DNA of 64,000 nt, from NCBI GenBank assembly GCA_043228905.1, contig JBHGNT010000009.1, forward strand, positions 22,072,001 through 22,136,000. The letters run 5' to 3'. Within the stretch, counting starts at the first letter, position 1; each line of letters starts with the position of its first letter. Below the pieces are notes generated by a model. The model was not told where the DNA came from, did no database searches, and worked only from the letters and a program-made list of their open reading frames with translations. Shown one piece after another: positions 62,064 through 64,000 of the stretch. This stretch comes from Azolla caroliniana. Taxonomy: Eukaryota > Plantae > Polypodiophyta. The position numbers and the translations under genes were made by a program.

Positions 62064-63116
62064 ATGGCACCTTCCTTCTTCTCCTGGACCCCTACTTCAT
62101 TTGTCTCAAAGATCAAGAACCCATTACTCTATTTCAACAACAACAATCCAATCCCATTGACAGTACCCTCTAATGACACCACAAATGTTGCCATTGATTC
62201 ACAAGATCAACATGGTTCCTCCTCACCTCCCAATCCATCGTCGTCGCATCGATCCGTCTCGAGTGGTGGTGCCAGTGGCGGACAATCGTCGGCTTCCGGG
62301 GGCCCCGAGAGGCCATCCTCGGGGCCTTCTTCTTCTTCCCCGTCTCGCTCCGGCTCCGGCTCCGGCTCAGGCTCGGCTTCGGTTCCTAGGGTTTCATCCA
62401 ACGCGGGCAACTTGTCAGAGGTGGATGGCCTCCGGGTCATTTTCGGGCATTTCGATGAGAACAATGACGGGTACTTGAGCGGGAGCGAGCTACGTACATC
62501 GCTACGCATGTTTGGGATCGAGACCGAGGATGATGAGGTAGCGGCCTTGGTCGAGGAGGCGGACACCAACAACAATGGAACCCTAGATTTCGACGAATTC
62601 GTGTCTTTCTACTACAATCTCAACCAAGGTATGAGCCTTAGCAAGGTCTCGGGCCCGAGCCCCGATCCCTCGGGTGCCGCCCACGGTGTGGATGTGATCG
62701 AGGCGGCCGTCCGATCCACCCGGATCGGAGATGCACTAGGACTTGGGGGAAGCCAGATCTCCACTACGCCCAATCCTATCGGCGAAGAATCCCAAAGGAA
62801 ATGCGAGAATGGCACCACGATCGGTGCTAATTCTATCAGATCTCCGAAAGATGAAGAAGAAGAAGAAGAAGAAGAAGGAGGAGGAGGAGAAGGAGGAGGA
62901 GAAGAGGACCTCCGCGATGCGTTCAATCTATTCGATAAGAATGGCGATGGCTTCATCTGCGCGGAGGAGCTCCAATCCGTGTTGAATAGCATGGGCCTCA
63001 AGCAAGGGAAATTGCTGATCGATTGCCAGAACATGATTCGAACCTTCGATCTCAATGGCGATGGACAAATTAGCTTCGACGAATTCAAGCAGATGATGCT
63101 CATTGGATTCAATTAA
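62064..63116 (+). CDS. Calmodulin-like (CML) calcium-binding protein, intronless, 350 aa
   Basis: First in-frame ATG at 62064. Four EF-hand loops: DENNDGYLSGSE, DTNNNGTLDFDE, DKNGDGFICAEE, DLNGDGQISFDE. Confidence 0.92.
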   Translation: MAPSFFSWTPTSFVSKIKNPLLYFNNNNPIPLTVPSNDTTNVAIDSQDQHGSSSPPNPSSSHRSVSSGGASGGQSSASGGPERPSSGPSSSSPSRSGSGSGSGSASVPRVSSNAGNLSEVDGLRVIFGHFDENNDGYLSGSELRTSLRMFGIETEDDEVAALVEEADTNNNGTLDFDEFVSFYYNLNQGMSLSKVSGPSPDPSGAAHGVDVIEAAVRSTRIGDALGLGGSQISTTPNPIGEESQRKCENGTTIGANSIRSPKDEEEEEEEEGGGGEGGGEEDLRDAFNLFDKNGDGFICAEELQSVLNSMGLKQGKLLIDCQNMIRTFDLNGDGQISFDEFKQMMLIGFN

Positions 63117-63306
63117 CACAAATCGGCTACTCAATCATTTGAACTTGGAAATTTGGTCTTGTACATAAAGACTATGAATAATATCCCTTAATCATTCTTT
63201 TGCTACTTAATCTTCATTAGGAATCCCTTAATCACTCATTAATCTTGTTCTTTTTCCCACTGTAAAACACCCATCGCTAGATATAACGTTCCCTCTAATT
63301 GGCACC

Positions 63307-63545
63307 CACCTAATCATAACCTAATCATAACTTAGAATCGATGTATCTTGATTAATCATTTCGGCATTGCCGCACTAATCTTCCTAATTAAGCTTTAATA
63401 TCCAGTTACATTCTCTTCCTCTAATTTCCACCACCTAATCATAACTTAGAATTGATGTATCTAGATTAATCATTTCGGCGTAGCCTCACTAATCTTCCTA
63501 ATTAAGCTTTAACATGTAATCTTCCTAATTAAGCTTTAATAACAT
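63307..63545. repeat. ~110-bp diverged tandem repeat
   Basis: CCTAATCATAACTTAGAAT.GATGTATCT.GATTAATCATTTCGGC...TAATCTTCCTAATTAAGCTTTAA twice plus a partial. Confidence 0.8.
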
Positions 63546-63703
63546 CCAATTAATTATTTTGTCTCCTAATTAAGATAATTTTATAAACCTCCAAGTTAAT
63601 GTGTCCCTTGTATTGATGAAGGAATTATGCTTAATCCAGCTAGCTAATAAATCTCCTTTGATACACCCAACACAGACTTGTACTCAACATTCATGTGGAA
63701 AGT

Positions 63704-63903
63704 TTGGATGTTCCGAGGTACTTGGGGCCAAAATCTCCCAACCTTTCTCGTATGGTAATGGCAAAGTGTTTAGGTTAATGCTGGCACTATGTTATGGTCT
63801 CAAAAGATTGGATGTTCCGAGGTACTTGGGACCAAAATCTCCCGACCTTTCATGTATGGTAATGTCAAAGTGTTTTTGTTAATGTTGGCGCTAGGTTATG
63901 GTC
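63704..63903. repeat. ~104-bp tandem duplication
   Basis: TTGGATGTTCCGAGGTACTTGGG.CCAAAATCTCCC.ACCTTTC...GTTATGGTC occurs twice. Confidence 0.85.
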
Positions 63904-64000
63904 CAGAAATGGCCCTTGTACCCCTGACACATCTTCGCTACACTTGACATACATACCACTTCTTCTAAAACTACTTGCCACATTGGTGCATGGAACTAGC

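Noticed and set aside
62207-63112. Antisense ORFs over the CML gene
   Set aside because: Shadow frames of a GC-rich coding sequence.

Overview
Eukaryotic land-plant DNA. A non-seed plant such as a fern or lycophyte is inferred from the Tcn1-type chromoviruses and a Sola-like transposase. Four host genes are present: a 2-exon tetraspanin (16486-18321,+), a 13-exon RAD21/SYN4-type kleisin (43173-52422,+, ~1377 aa), a 2-exon group-VII-like AP2/ERF starting with a non-canonical Met-Cys (57156-58772,-) and an intronless 4-EF-hand calmodulin-like gene (62064-63116,+). Most of 1-42 kb is nested transposons: a Gypsy chromovirus inside a Sola-like DNA transposon inside a Copia (1-9.2 kb); a TSD-bounded, internally deleted Copia (21288-30445) holding a chimeric chromovirus and two solo LTRs; and several 5'-truncated LINEs with TSDs. 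The most notable signals are in the chromovirus LTR family: an antisense tRNA-shaped A/B-box module at the U3 tip, conserved in three diverged LTRs; a self-priming PBS with compensatory changes; and a conserved G-UUA-AAC + hairpin -1 gag-pol frameshift signal. Also notable are an exact 386-bp duplication flanking a solo LTR and an amplified separase-site-like repeat in RAD21. All alignments were made by eye and no database searches were run.
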